Below, in pieces: positions 34,662-45,182 of a stretch of DNA of 64,000 nt. The first letter of the stretch is position 1. Every line of letters starts with the position of its first letter. The stretch spans positions 1,024,001-1,088,000 of the forward strand of contig CBDCTZ010000015.1 in assembly GCA_965222375.1 (NCBI GenBank), written 5' to 3'. The position numbers and the translations under genes were made by a program. Below the pieces are notes generated by a model that saw only the letters and a list, made by a program, of their open reading frames with translations, ran no database searches and was not told where the DNA came from. Source of the DNA: Polyangiaceae bacterium (GTDB lineage: Bacteria; Myxococcota_A; Polyangia; Polyangiales; Polyangiaceae).

Positions 34662-37498
34662 CGGCGCTTCCTGCGCCTCAGGCCCAGGGCCAGCCCGAGC
34701 AGGAGCCAGCTCCACTGAGTCGAGACTCGTGCGCCTGGCATGCGACACGAGCAGCCCGGAGGCGCAAGTTGGACGGTCATGAACGCCGGTGTCGCTCCTT
34801 GCGTGCTGACCACGCAGGCGCCGGCGTCGTCGGGCCCGCTGCCGGCCAGGCATTGGCGCAGACGATAGTAGACGCGGCCGCTACTTTGAGCTGCCACGCG
34901 CACGGCGTCGCGGAAGCCTTGCTGCGGTGCGGTTGGCCGGAAGAAGCCGTTGGGAGCGCAGTTGAGCCGCGCCATTGGATCGCTGAGCAACTGAGTGCGG
35001 CCGAAGAAGCCTGTCTGCCCGTTGAAACCGGGATTGTCGCTGAGCTCGAGCCAGGTCAGGGTTTGCGGCGGCGCGCCCGGTGGCAGGAACGTATTGTTGT
35101 AGGCAGAACCTGGTGGGGCAAACCCGTCGAATACCGGCATCTGCGCGCCCGGATCATCGGGATCGTCGTCCCAATTCAGCGGGCCAGACAGCGTCAGCGA
35201 CAGACTGCTGAGCTGCAACGCGCTGCTGGCGTTGCAAGCAGGAGCGTCACAACGCACGTCGAGGCGGTCATCGATATCGCCACCGAAAAACACATTGATG
35301 AAATGCAGTGACGGGGAAAAGACGCCCTTTTCCACGAAAGCCGCCCGGGCGGCATATTGGTAGCGGCGCACGGTGTCCGCGGGCTGCGCGGACAGGTACA
35401 CCAGCAACTGCTGGTAGTAGTCGAGCTCGCCATCCGTCAGCTGCTGCAAGGCGCGCTCGGCCTCCAACAGTGGCAAGCCGGCAAGAGTCTTCGTCACGCC
35501 GCCTTGCAGCAAGCGCCGTTGAAACAAGTACATCGCGCCGCTGACGACCCCTTGACGCGCCAGCCCGAACTGCTCGTCGGCAGCTCCGCAGGTGGCATCA
35601 GGGTCATCCCACATGCCAAAGGTGCGATTGTTGCACACGGCCCGCGTGCCGGGCGCAAGCTGCATCGGGCCGTAGCCTTCCCGACTGGCGCAGACCGCAC
35701 CCAGCTGCTCGAGGCTTTGGTCCCAGGCGTAGGACGTGCCGATGGCGCCTCGACCGACCGCCAAGGCGCCGAAGCCATCGGCGGTGCCCTCCAGTATGCG
35801 GACCCGGCGCCGACACTCGGGCTCCGGGGAACAATCGACGTTCATGAAGGGGAACAGGACTTCGACGCCGTTGAAGGGCGTCCAGTTCTCGTCCTCGAAC
35901 AGGCTTTCTTGGATGTGGTGGTGGTACTCGTGTGCAAACAAGGACCCGTCGACCGAGCCATCGAAGGCCACGTCTCCAACAGGTTGCCCGAACTGCGTCG
36001 GACGCACGTCCGACACCTTGACGATGAAACGTCCCGCTCGGCCGCCTCTGTTGAATCTCTGCCCACTCCCTTCGAAACTCCGATTCCAGTGGGCGGTGAG
36101 CTCGGTGCGGAAGCGATCCTGATTGCCCGGCGAGAAGCGCAGGTCGAGAAAGCTGTAGTAGCGCTGGCGCTGACCGGCGTTGGAGAACATCTGCAGCTCT
36201 GCGTGGTGGGCCGGACCGTAGGGTTGTTGCTGCAGCTGCGACGGATCTGCCCTTAGGTAAAGCAGGAACTCATCTCCGAGCGGAAACCCCGTCACGTCCG
36301 TCAGCGTCGAATGCATCGGAGCACCGCCGGGAAAGCTGTCACTGAACACCCAATCCTGAGGCGGCAGCGGGTCTGGGAAGGACGCGGGCGCGCCAGCCGG
36401 GTTCGTGAAGTCATCATCGGAACGGGGCGCGACCACCGGTTGAAGGTATGGATTGCCGCTGCCCGGCGAGCGCAAGATGTCATTGTGGCAGACCGCAAAT
36501 CCGCGCTGTGGCTGCTCGCCACCGAAGCGCTTGCAGCTCGTCAGGCCATCCACGTGACCCATGGTGTCGAGCACCTCGGGGAAACCGAGTCCCACGGGCA
36601 CCGGTGCGGTGATGGCGGGCTTGAAGCCCGACAAGTAGTCGAGATCGTAGCCCGCGAAAGTAAACGCGCGTTCGTTGGAGCCGACGGATAGCACCTCGCC
36701 GTTTCCGTCGATGTGCACGATGAGCTCGTTGCGGCCATCGGAGAGGATGGCGTAGAAACGAGCGACTGCCCGCGCGCCGCGCGCTTCGTACCGGGCGCTG
36801 ATAGTCGCCTGGCTGGTGTCGATTTCCGCGGCGAGCTTCGCGCTCTCCAGCGCGGTGTCTTCGGCGACGTTGAAGGCATCGAAGCGAAGCGGCGTTTCAT
36901 CCGGCAAGCGACAGAACAAGCGGGCGCCAGAGGCTTCGCCGGTCTGCACACTGAGCTGACAGCGCCCAGGGCTGAGCGGCACCTGCTGGTGGAAGAAGCC
37001 AATGTCCCAAAGGGTGTGTGCGTTGCCGTCGCTGCCGAGCTGTCGCCGCGCGGTGACTTGCGGCGCGGCGGGGGCCTCGAGATCGGCCAGCGCGATGGCG
37101 CTCATGACGAGACGGGCCACCTGAGGTTCGCTCACATCGGTGGAGGGCAACTGAATGTCCGTCAGCAGGAAGCCGGGTCGGGGAAAGCCCATCTGCAACG
37201 ACGCTCGTCGAAACGCGCGGCGCGCCTTGGCGCCAAAGCGGCCTCGGCGAAAGCCGGGAGCCTCGCGCACGCCGTGGGAGATCACTGGGCCGAAGGGATC
37301 AGCGGCTCGCTGGTGCTTGCGGTTACGACAGTCGACCCAGGGTTGGTCTGCGCCGTGATCGCCGCCGTCGTCGTTGCCTGCGCCGGGGCCGGAGAGTGGC
37401 TGCGTCAGTCGCGTCGACTCGGACTTCGAGTCGGAGGCGCAAGCGACGGAGCCTACCACCGCGAGAGAGAGAGAGAGCGTCAACGTGATGCGGTGCAT
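34658..37498 (-). CDS. Large secreted putative zinc metallopeptidase with MYXO-CTERM sorting signal
   Basis: Signal/lipobox SVAC; FAHEYHH...LEGTAD (gluzincin-like); C-terminal GCSCR..TM..RRRKRR. Confidence 0.7.
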   Translation of the reverse strand: MHRITLTLSLSLAVVGSVACASDSKSESTRLTQPLSGPGAGNDDGGDHGADQPWVDCRNRKHQRAADPFGPVISHGVREAPGFRRGRFGAKARRAFRRASLQMGFPRPGFLLTDIQLPSTDVSEPQVARLVMSAIALADLEAPAAPQVTARRQLGSDGNAHTLWDIGFFHQQVPLSPGRCQLSVQTGEASGARLFCRLPDETPLRFDAFNVAEDTALESAKLAAEIDTSQATISARYEARGARAVARFYAILSDGRNELIVHIDGNGEVLSVGSNERAFTFAGYDLDYLSGFKPAITAPVPVGLGFPEVLDTMGHVDGLTSCKRFGGEQPQRGFAVCHNDILRSPGSGNPYLQPVVAPRSDDDFTNPAGAPASFPDPLPPQDWVFSDSFPGGAPMHSTLTDVTGFPLGDEFLLYLRADPSQLQQQPYGPAHHAELQMFSNAGQRQRYYSFLDLRFSPGNQDRFRTELTAHWNRSFEGSGQRFNRGGRAGRFIVKVSDVRPTQFGQPVGDVAFDGSVDGSLFAHEYHHHIQESLFEDENWTPFNGVEVLFPFMNVDCSPEPECRRRVRILEGTADGFGALAVGRGAIGTSYAWDQSLEQLGAVCASREGYGPMQLAPGTRAVCNNRTFGMWDDPDATCGAADEQFGLARQGVVSGAMYLFQRRLLQGGVTKTLAGLPLLEAERALQQLTDGELDYYQQLLVYLSAQPADTVRRYQYAARAAFVEKGVFSPSLHFINVFFGGDIDDRLDVRCDAPACNASSALQLSSLSLTLSGPLNWDDDPDDPGAQMPVFDGFAPPGSAYNNTFLPPGAPPQTLTWLELSDNPGFNGQTGFFGRTQLLSDPMARLNCAPNGFFRPTAPQQGFRDAVRVAAQSSGRVYYRLRQCLAGSGPDDAGACVVSTQGATPAFMTVQLAPPGCSCRMPGARVSTQWSWLLLGLALGLRRRKRR

Positions 37499-37925
37499 TT
37501 TTCCTCCCCGGAACCTTGGATCCTGTGATTGGAAAGGATGCGCCTCGGCGCGATGGGTTGCAAGCGCCATGGGCATGTGGGAGCGCATGCGACATGTCGC
37601 TGCGGCGCGCGAAAGAGGGCGCCAAGCGCTCTCTGGCGAAGGGGATTTCGTGTTGCGGACAAACTTCTGGACTTGCGGGTGACGCCCTAGCTCGCACCGC
37701 GATGAACCGTCGATGACGGCAGCTTCCGGCACATCCCCCAAAAATCCAGCGGCCAACAGTTAACACGAGCGACCAATACAGTCGGTCCAACTGCGGCGTA
37801 TTCCTCGATGCAGGGAGTTTGCCGTCATCGCAGAAAGACGTGTTGAATCATGGGCACCAGGCCCGAAACAACCGGGTCAGATCAATCGAGTCAATGCAAC
37901 TAGCTTCGTGGCTGTCGCCCAAACC

Positions 37926-39590
37926 TTAGCGCACGACCGCGCCGCCGAACTTTCGGGGGTCGGAAGCCGCCAAGGTTTGGCCGTTCCGGAGTGAAAGCAT
38001 TTGCACGGCACTCATCGTGAAGCGCACGGTGCCCACAATCTCGCCTCGGAACGCCAGATCGTCCTTGAGCTTCTGACTGGCTCCCGCTTCCAGCAAGATC
38101 GTCGCCCCCCGATTGGGCACCTGGAATCGAGGCAGCTTCACCGCCGTCTGGGGCTTGAGGTCGAAGGCCAAGGTCGCGACCAAGAGCTGAGTCACATTCG
38201 TCGCGATGGTGGTACCTCCGGAACCGCCCAGGGCAAGCACGGCTTTGCCGTCTTTGACCACGATCGTTGGCGTCATGCTGGACACTGGGCGCGCGCCCGG
38301 GCGGGGACGGTTGGGGCTGACCTTCATCCCAAAGGGCGCGACGTCCTTGGCCTTGGTGAAGTCATCGAGTTCGTCGTTGAGCACAACACCGCTGGCTGAA
38401 GCGACCAGCTTGGATCCAAAGGTCCGATTCACGGTCGTGGTCAGCGAGACCACGTTTCCGTCAGTATCCGAGGTGACCAAGTGGTGCGTTCCGTGTTCCT
38501 CGAGCCCGAATCGAGGCAGGGTGTGAGTGCGATCCACGGCGATCTTGGCTCGGCGCCGCTTCAGGCGCGCCGCCGAGTTGAGCTTCGCGACGTCGACTTT
38601 CGCGTGGTCCGGATCACCCACATGCCGCATGCGATCGGCGATCGCGCCTCGCATGGCTTCGGCCAGGAGGTGCTGATAGGCGCCGCTCTTGCGCCCGAGC
38701 CGAACCAGCTCCGCTTTCGTGTACAGAGCCAAGGTCTGCACGGCCATGAGGCCCCCCGCAGAGGGCGGCGGCATGGTGTAGACGTCGTGCCCGTCCCATT
38801 TTAGATGGAGAGGGGCACGCTCCACGGGGCGATAGCCTGCGAGATCCGCTTCCGTCAGGGCGCCGCCTGCACTGCGGCAACTCGCCACGATGTCTCGAGC
38901 CACCGCGCCCGTGTAGAAAGCCGGTGGGCCGCCGGCCGCGATGAGCTCCAGGGTCTTGGAGAGCTTCGGCCGCGTGATGCGACCACCCACCGCCGCTGGC
39001 TTGCCATTGGGATAGAAGACCCTCGCCAAACCGGGGTCGCGACGCAACTTACTCGCATAGCGCGCGAGAGAGCCCGCGAGCATTTTCCCGACCCCAAAGC
39101 CCTGCTTGGCGGTGCGCGCCGCCGGCTCGACGACGTCTTTCCAGGGCCGCTTCCCATACTTGGAATGGAGCTGATGCAGACCACGCACTTCACCGGGCAC
39201 GCCGGTGTACTTGCCGCGTTGCGCGTGCGCGAAGGGTCGGGATTCGAAGGCCGCCACATCGATGCCCGCGGGCGCGGTCTCACGAAAATCGAGTACGATG
39301 GCGCGCTTTTCCTTTGCAAGCCAGACCACCGCAAAGCCGCCGCCGCCAATGCCGCTCGAGGTCGGGCTCACCACACCGCCCATCAGCGCGGCGGTGACAG
39401 CTCCGTCCACAGCATTGCCCCCGGCTTGCATGACCTTCACCGCAGCGCGACTGGCGAGGATGTTCTCGGTGGCGGCGGCGCGACGTAGGGCCACGGCCTC
39501 GGCGCTGGGAATCGCAGCCAAGAGGGACAGCAGCAACGCGGCCGCCGCGGCCACCCAGCCCAGCCTTACGGCTTGTATGTGGCGAGTCAC
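37926..39590 (-). CDS. ggt: Gamma-glutamyltransferase
   Basis: GGNAVD, SGIGGGGF, DFRETAP, PPPSAGG, GTHH, LNDELDDF, RPVSSM, GGSGG. Confidence 0.93.
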   Translation of the reverse strand: MTRHIQAVRLGWVAAAAALLLSLLAAIPSAEAVALRRAAATENILASRAAVKVMQAGGNAVDGAVTAALMGGVVSPTSSGIGGGGFAVVWLAKEKRAIVLDFRETAPAGIDVAAFESRPFAHAQRGKYTGVPGEVRGLHQLHSKYGKRPWKDVVEPAARTAKQGFGVGKMLAGSLARYASKLRRDPGLARVFYPNGKPAAVGGRITRPKLSKTLELIAAGGPPAFYTGAVARDIVASCRSAGGALTEADLAGYRPVERAPLHLKWDGHDVYTMPPPSAGGLMAVQTLALYTKAELVRLGRKSGAYQHLLAEAMRGAIADRMRHVGDPDHAKVDVAKLNSAARLKRRRAKIAVDRTHTLPRFGLEEHGTHHLVTSDTDGNVVSLTTTVNRTFGSKLVASASGVVLNDELDDFTKAKDVAPFGMKVSPNRPRPGARPVSSMTPTIVVKDGKAVLALGGSGGTTIATNVTQLLVATLAFDLKPQTAVKLPRFQVPNRGATILLEAGASQKLKDDLAFRGEIVGTVRFTMSAVQMLSLRNGQTLAASDPRKFGGAVVR

Positions 39591-39638
39591 ACGAAACTGA
39601 TACGATGCGCGCTCCTGTTTGAAAAGAGGCGACCCAAC

Positions 39639-40592
39639 GTGCGTTTTCTATTCGTAATGGATCCGGCAGAATCCATGCTGCCCGACAAGGATACGAGTTT
39701 CGCGCTCATGCGTGGCGCGATCGCCCGTGGCCACGAAACCTTGCATTGCCTGCCGCAGCAGCTCCTGAACTACGGGCGGGATGTGCGTGCGATCGCTCGA
39801 CCCCTGCGTGTGACCAACTCACCGCCGTACGTGACCATGGGAGAGACTTCCGAGGTCGAGCTAGCCAGTCTAGACGCCGTGCTGATCCGCAAGGACCCAC
39901 CCTTCGACTCGGAATACGGACATCTCACCCAGCAGCTCGATCTGGTGGCGAGGGAAACTCTGGTCGTCAACTCGCCCCGCGGTTTGCGAGACGCGAACGA
40001 AAAACTGTTCGCCTTCCATTTCGCAGAGCACATGCCGAAGAGCCTGGTCACCGCCGAGCCCGAGCGCATTCTGGATTTCCTCGTCGACGTGGGCGGCCGC
40101 GCCGTCCTCAAGCCGCTGGACGGAGCGGGAGGCAGCGGCGTCGTCGCGCTCACCAGTGGCGACCGCAACAACCGCGCCCTGATCGACCTGCTCACCGCAG
40201 AAGGCCGTCAGCTGGCCCTGGTGCAGGAGTTCATCCCCGAAATCAGCGAGGGTGACAAGCGCGTCATCATGCTGCACGGTGAGCCTCTGGGCGCGATCCT
40301 ACGGGTGCCTCGCGCCGACGACATCCGAGCGAACATCCATGTAGGCGGCATCGTGAAGCCCACGGAGCTGACGAAAGAAGAAGACGAGGTCGTTCGAGAC
40401 ATTGGCAAATCCCTGCGAAAGCACGGCCTGTACTTTGTGGGGCTGGACCTGATTGGCGGCCGGCTCATCGAGGTCAACGTCACCAGCCCGACCGGAATAC
40501 AAGAACTCGGTCGTCTGACGGGCACGGGACCGGAACAGGTTGTCGTCGAGTGGTTGGAAAAGCATTCGAAAGATCCGGGCGCACTTCTATAA
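39639..40592 (+). CDS. gshB: Glutathione synthetase
   Basis: FVMDP, KDTSFALM, RKDPPFD, LRDANEK, KPLDGAGG, GDKR, RANIHVGG, EVNVTSPTG. Confidence 0.96.
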   Translation: MRFLFVMDPAESMLPDKDTSFALMRGAIARGHETLHCLPQQLLNYGRDVRAIARPLRVTNSPPYVTMGETSEVELASLDAVLIRKDPPFDSEYGHLTQQLDLVARETLVVNSPRGLRDANEKLFAFHFAEHMPKSLVTAEPERILDFLVDVGGRAVLKPLDGAGGSGVVALTSGDRNNRALIDLLTAEGRQLALVQEFIPEISEGDKRVIMLHGEPLGAILRVPRADDIRANIHVGGIVKPTELTKEEDEVVRDIGKSLRKHGLYFVGLDLIGGRLIEVNVTSPTGIQELGRLTGTGPEQVVVEWLEKHSKDPGALL

Positions 40593-40641
40593 CTACCCTC
40601 AAACTTGGCCCGCGGACGTGCACCACCGCAACGTCGAGAGC

Positions 40642-40923
40642 ATGAGGCGCAAGTGTGAAGTTTGTTCCACCCAGGGCTCGAACAGCAGATCCAAGGTGCG
40701 CCGCCTGCTCATCGCCGAGCGCATCGTCGCGCTCTGCGAGGAACATGCGGAAACCGCCAAGAGCTCCGACCCCAAGACGATTGCTGAGCTGCGCGCCTTG
40801 TACGCCGAGGTGAGCGGACGCCGCTCCTTGTTGCCGCGGCGCTCACCGTTGAATCGGCGAGTCTTTCCTGCTCGCCCCGAGGGGCGGCGCTGCAGCGACG
40901 GCCGTCGCGCCCACGACGGCTAA
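40642..40923 (+). CDS. Small hypothetical protein, possible Zn-binding
   Basis: CEVC...LCEEH; Arg-rich tail. Confidence 0.5.
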   Translation: MRRKCEVCSTQGSNSRSKVRRLLIAERIVALCEEHAETAKSSDPKTIAELRALYAEVSGRRSLLPRRSPLNRRVFPARPEGRRCSDGRRAHDG

Positions 40924-41135
40924 GCGTCGGGGTAGTGAAAGGGGCGGGTGAGAGCGCCGGCGAGAGTCCCAGAAGCAGTTGGGCCGCGGCCCTTCTCGAA
41001 CTGCATTTCAGAGTTGAGTCGACAACACTGAGCAGCGCACGCCGCCGTTTCTGCCCCTAGTGTCTGCATAGTCGGACTTTGGGATGTGAACGGGGCCGCG
41101 GCCTGACCTACAGTGCGAAGGCGTCCATAGCTGTC

Positions 41136-42167
41136 ATGTCTCGCGAACGTCGTGCCGAAACGATCTTGATCGTCCTGATGCTGGCGGGCGTGGCAGCGGT
41201 GCTATGGCGCACGCCTGCGGAGCCGGAACCCGTTCGCCTGACAGCCCTGGGTGCTGTGCCCGAGGACGTGGTTCTGCTGGTCACCGTGGACGCCGATGCT
41301 TTGCGGCAGAGCGAATGGGGCGAGAGCATCTTGACCCAGGGCCGGAACCTGCAGGGTTTGGGTGCCATCGACGAGCTGTGCCGAGACAGCCCGCTGCAGC
41401 ACCTAAAGGAGTTGGCGCTCTTCGTGCCAACCGTGGAGAGCGACGAGCCCCTGGACGTCGGGGTTGTGGCCCAGGGCAGCTTCGACCTCGACCTGACTTT
41501 GGAGTGCGTCGAGCGCGTGGTGCGGGCAAGGGGCGGCGATCCACTCCGGTCCAAGCTGGGCTCCTTTTCCAGCGTGCGGGACCGCGGGTCGACCCGGGGC
41601 GAGATCGCTTTGCGCAAGTCGGGCCCACTGCTCCTTGGCGAGGGACGCACGTTGCGAGTCGCCGTGGATACCGCAGAAGGACGAAACCCCAACGTGCGCA
41701 GCAGCGAGGCGCACTCCGGTCTGCGTCACGAAGTCGGTGAACACGCATTGGTCATGAGCTTGCTTCTGCCGCCGGGGTGGCTGACGCGCATGACCGGCCT
41801 CGAAGTGGCGCGTGCCAGCCCGCTGGCTCAAGTGCGCGCTGCGGCCATAGGCGTGGATTTCGCACCGGTGAAGATCAGCGTGGTGCTCGGCTGCGGAGCC
41901 GAAAACCTCGCTACGGAAGTAGCGCGCATCCTGACCGGCTTTTCCAACGATCCGGGCGGGCTGATTCAATTGGATCTCGGGCGAAACCCTCTGGAAAGCG
42001 CGAAGATTGTCGCTCGGGGGCGCACAGTGCGAATGCGGTTGGCTCTGGGTCCGGATGACCTGCGCGTCCTATCTCAGAAGCTTTTTGGCCAGCTCGCCCC
42101 GACCCAGGGTGGCGAGGGGCGGCTTCCCGTCGAACCCGTGTCCCTCGATGCCGGAGCGCCGGACTGA
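41136..42167 (+). CDS. Hypothetical membrane-anchored protein
   Basis: N-terminal TM helix; coding-like composition. Confidence 0.7.
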   Translation: MSRERRAETILIVLMLAGVAAVLWRTPAEPEPVRLTALGAVPEDVVLLVTVDADALRQSEWGESILTQGRNLQGLGAIDELCRDSPLQHLKELALFVPTVESDEPLDVGVVAQGSFDLDLTLECVERVVRARGGDPLRSKLGSFSSVRDRGSTRGEIALRKSGPLLLGEGRTLRVAVDTAEGRNPNVRSSEAHSGLRHEVGEHALVMSLLLPPGWLTRMTGLEVARASPLAQVRAAAIGVDFAPVKISVVLGCGAENLATEVARILTGFSNDPGGLIQLDLGRNPLESAKIVARGRTVRMRLALGPDDLRVLSQKLFGQLAPTQGGEGRLPVEPVSLDAGAPD

Positions 42168-42170
42168 GCT

Positions 42171-44078
42171 TCAACCCGGTTTGGCCTGTGACACAGCGCG
42201 CTGTACGTCGTCCAAACGAAAAGGCTTGTCCAAACGCACGCAGTCCGTGCGTCGAAAAAAGTCTGCAACTTTGGGGTGTGCGCCCGCTGCAGTCATGAAT
42301 ACGAAGCGAGCCGCCTGCTCCGGGCGAACCCGATGCAGCACTTCCCACAGCGCCTCACCGTCCAAGTCTGGCATCATCATGTCGCAGAAAACGATGTCGT
42401 AACGGTCACCAGCAATCAGCCGGTCGCGGGCCTCCAACGCGCTTGCCAGGTACGTCACGTCACAACTGTCCTCCAGAGCCACGCTCATCGCACCGCCGAT
42501 GCCCGGGTCGTCGTCCACGACCAACACTGCAGGCCGATCGCTGCGAATGTCCGCCAAGCTAGCGCCTGGCTCCGACACCGGCGGCTCCGACTCCAGAACC
42601 CCGACTGGGAGAATGATCCGGAACGTCGTGCCCACAGCTGCGTCGCTCTCCGCCAGGAGCTCTCCGCCCATGGCGCTGACCACTGCACGGCAGAAAGGCA
42701 ACCCGACGCGCGTGGCTTCGTCGTCTCCCCGCGCGGCGAAAAAGGGCTCGAATACATTGGACAGAGCTTCCGGCTCGAGCGCCAAGCCCACCAGCGTAAC
42801 CGAGACCATCACCTGCGCCGGTTCCACCGCTCCGAGTTCGATCCGAACCTCTGCGCTGTCATCTTCGGGCAGAGATTGAGCAGCGTGCACCAACAGATGC
42901 AGGAACACCTGCTCCAGGTGGGCGGCACTCGTGTTGATGGGAGGCACATCACCGTATTCGGTCGTGAGGCGGCCGCGATGACGCAGCTCATGACCCACGA
43001 GTTCCATCGCACCCTCGAGCACAGCCTTAACGTTCACCTTGCTGCGCGTTCGCTCCTCCACCCGAGAGAAGGCGCGCATGCGTTTCACTACCTGCGCAAT
43101 CCGCTCGATACCCTGGTGAGCTTCGGTGAGGCGAGCAATGGCGCCGGCGCCCTCATCCCCGGAGACCACGACCCGAGGCAAGGAACTCTTCACGTGTTCC
43201 AAGTTCAAGAGCACGTATGTGAGTGGGTTGTTGATGGCGTGCGCCATCCCGCCGGCCAATAGGCCCAACGCCGCCAAGCGGTCGGCTTGTAGCCAGCGCG
43301 ATTCGACCTGGCGCCGCTCCGTTACGTTGCGACCAAAAGAGAGCACCGCGGGCATCCCGTCCCACTCGATCGCAATGGAGCTGACCTCCACCAGGATCAC
43401 GCTGCCGTCAGTACGCCTGATACGATACTCCTGAGGAGGCAACTTGCGCCGTTGCACCAGCATGGCAGAGAGCCGTTGTTCCAACTGGGAAGCTTCGCTA
43501 GTCGCCAGGAACTCCTTCGGGTCACGCCCCAACGCTGCCTCGGCCGACTCGAAGCCGAACAGGCTCACGGCGGCGGGGTTCGCGTAGAAGATGCGTCGGT
43601 CGTCCAATATCCAGACGGCCACTGGCGCCGACTCGATGACTTGACGCAGGCGCTGCTCCGATCGCTCCAGGTCGGAGATCGCGCGTCGCCGCTCAGTGAT
43701 ATCTTTGACTAGAGACACCGACACCAGCTCGTGCCCTCGGTCGATCAAGCTCAGGGCGACTTCGACGGGCACGCGGGTGCCGTCCGCTTTGCACGACACG
43801 GTTTCGAAGTGATACGGCGTCACTTCCCTGCGCACCGCCGCCCCGACCATTTCTTCGACGCGACCCAGTTCTTCAGGCGCAACTACCTCGAGGGCATCGC
43901 GGCCCACCAAGTCTTGGGCGGGTCGGCCCAGGATCTCACCAGCTCGCGCATTGGCGAATCGTATCTCCGGCCGCTCGGTGGCCGCCGACGCGACGACGAC
44001 ACCGACCCGAGCGTCCGAGACCGCTTCAAAGAAGGCGTGCGCCAGGTCGTCGATTTCCAGTGGTTCACGCATCCCCAA
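42171..44078 (-). CDS. Hybrid sensor histidine kinase (PAS-PAS-HisKA-HATPase-REC)
   Basis: Two PAS domains; GMAHAINNPL H-box; FEPFF; VLVVDDD...CDMMMP...DKPF. Confidence 0.9.
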   Translation of the reverse strand: MGMREPLEIDDLAHAFFEAVSDARVGVVVASAATERPEIRFANARAGEILGRPAQDLVGRDALEVVAPEELGRVEEMVGAAVRREVTPYHFETVSCKADGTRVPVEVALSLIDRGHELVSVSLVKDITERRRAISDLERSEQRLRQVIESAPVAVWILDDRRIFYANPAAVSLFGFESAEAALGRDPKEFLATSEASQLEQRLSAMLVQRRKLPPQEYRIRRTDGSVILVEVSSIAIEWDGMPAVLSFGRNVTERRQVESRWLQADRLAALGLLAGGMAHAINNPLTYVLLNLEHVKSSLPRVVVSGDEGAGAIARLTEAHQGIERIAQVVKRMRAFSRVEERTRSKVNVKAVLEGAMELVGHELRHRGRLTTEYGDVPPINTSAAHLEQVFLHLLVHAAQSLPEDDSAEVRIELGAVEPAQVMVSVTLVGLALEPEALSNVFEPFFAARGDDEATRVGLPFCRAVVSAMGGELLAESDAAVGTTFRIILPVGVLESEPPVSEPGASLADIRSDRPAVLVVDDDPGIGGAMSVALEDSCDVTYLASALEARDRLIAGDRYDIVFCDMMMPDLDGEALWEVLHRVRPEQAARFVFMTAAGAHPKVADFFRRTDCVRLDKPFRLDDVQRAVSQAKPG

Positions 44079-44146
44079 GATGGAGCTTCTCCGCCGCCGG
44101 GTTGGGCGTCAACTCGCTAGCAGAGCGGCCGCTCCCGCGCCGCCGT

Positions 44147-45067
44147 CTAGGGCGCGGCGGCCGAACCGACGGTGATGAAGTTCGTCGGTTCGGGAATCAC
44201 GGCATCTTTTTCATCTCGCTTGATAACGCGCTCGCTGCCCAAATCCACGACTTCAACCACGATCTCGAGGGCAATGTTCGCTGGCTCCCGGGTACGCAAC
44301 CCGGCATCGATACCGATGAGTGCGGGAACAACGTTCGGGATGTAGCCCTTGACCAACAAGTCATTGTACGACTTGTTCTCGACAGCAAAAGCGTGGTTAG
44401 CAAGAGTCACGGTTTGATCGTACTCCGCGTTGGGGTCAGGCGGCGGCGCCGTCGCGATGATGTTCATCACGGTCGCAAAGTCGATAGCCAGCTCGTTCAT
44501 GTCTTGGAAGGTGAACGTGCCGCGCCGACGAGAAGAGCGACCACTCGCCGTGCCAGGCAGCTCCATCAAGATGTCGATGCCGCTCAGATTTGGCTGAAAC
44601 TCACCGTTGTCCGCATCCACGAGGGCGAGCCCGGGCCAGTAGCGGCCGAACTCATTCCAAGGGTCGATCAGTAGCTCTACGGCGTGGGTATCGGGATCGA
44701 GGTTGGTCAGCGTCCAACTGATCTGCACTTTGACGTCATCCGTCGTCACCCAAGGCTTGGCCGGGTAAGGAGCCACAGGATTGGCGTTCAGCGAGGCCTG
44801 CTCGGCCTGGGTCGGCGCCTTTATGGGAAACGCCACCGGCATCTTGACCTCGTACAAGGTCATCTCGCCATCGTCGTAGATGGAGCCGATCTGGCTGGTC
44901 ATGCCCAGCACTTGAGGCTGAAGGGTGCGCGTCTCCTCCTCTTCGCCGCAGCCGGCCAGCGCAACACCCAGGGCGAGCACGCCCAGCATCCGAACGGGGG
45001 CCAAAGCCCCCGGCCTGGGGGACAGAGCCCCCACCCCAATGCATAAGAATCCCGGCATTCGTCCCAT
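44147..45067 (-). CDS. Hypothetical lipoprotein
   Basis: Lipobox LAGC; start uncertain. Confidence 0.65.
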   Translation of the reverse strand: MGRMPGFLCIGVGALSPRPGALAPVRMLGVLALGVALAGCGEEEETRTLQPQVLGMTSQIGSIYDDGEMTLYEVKMPVAFPIKAPTQAEQASLNANPVAPYPAKPWVTTDDVKVQISWTLTNLDPDTHAVELLIDPWNEFGRYWPGLALVDADNGEFQPNLSGIDILMELPGTASGRSSRRRGTFTFQDMNELAIDFATVMNIIATAPPPDPNAEYDQTVTLANHAFAVENKSYNDLLVKGYIPNVVPALIGIDAGLRTREPANIALEIVVEVVDLGSERVIKRDEKDAVIPEPTNFITVGSAAAP

Positions 45068-45182
45068 AATAACGTCCTCGGCTACGAACCTACGAAACAC
45101 TATGCCATGACCGTGCCGACCGCGCCGTATGAGCTTGGTGGTTTCGGAGAGCGACTCGGCCGATTGCCGATGGGCGCCGAGG

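Noticed and set aside
37463..37477. (GA)7 tract in a signal peptide as a phase-variation switch
   Set aside because: Short, in frame and explained by LSLSL codons; no evidence of variation
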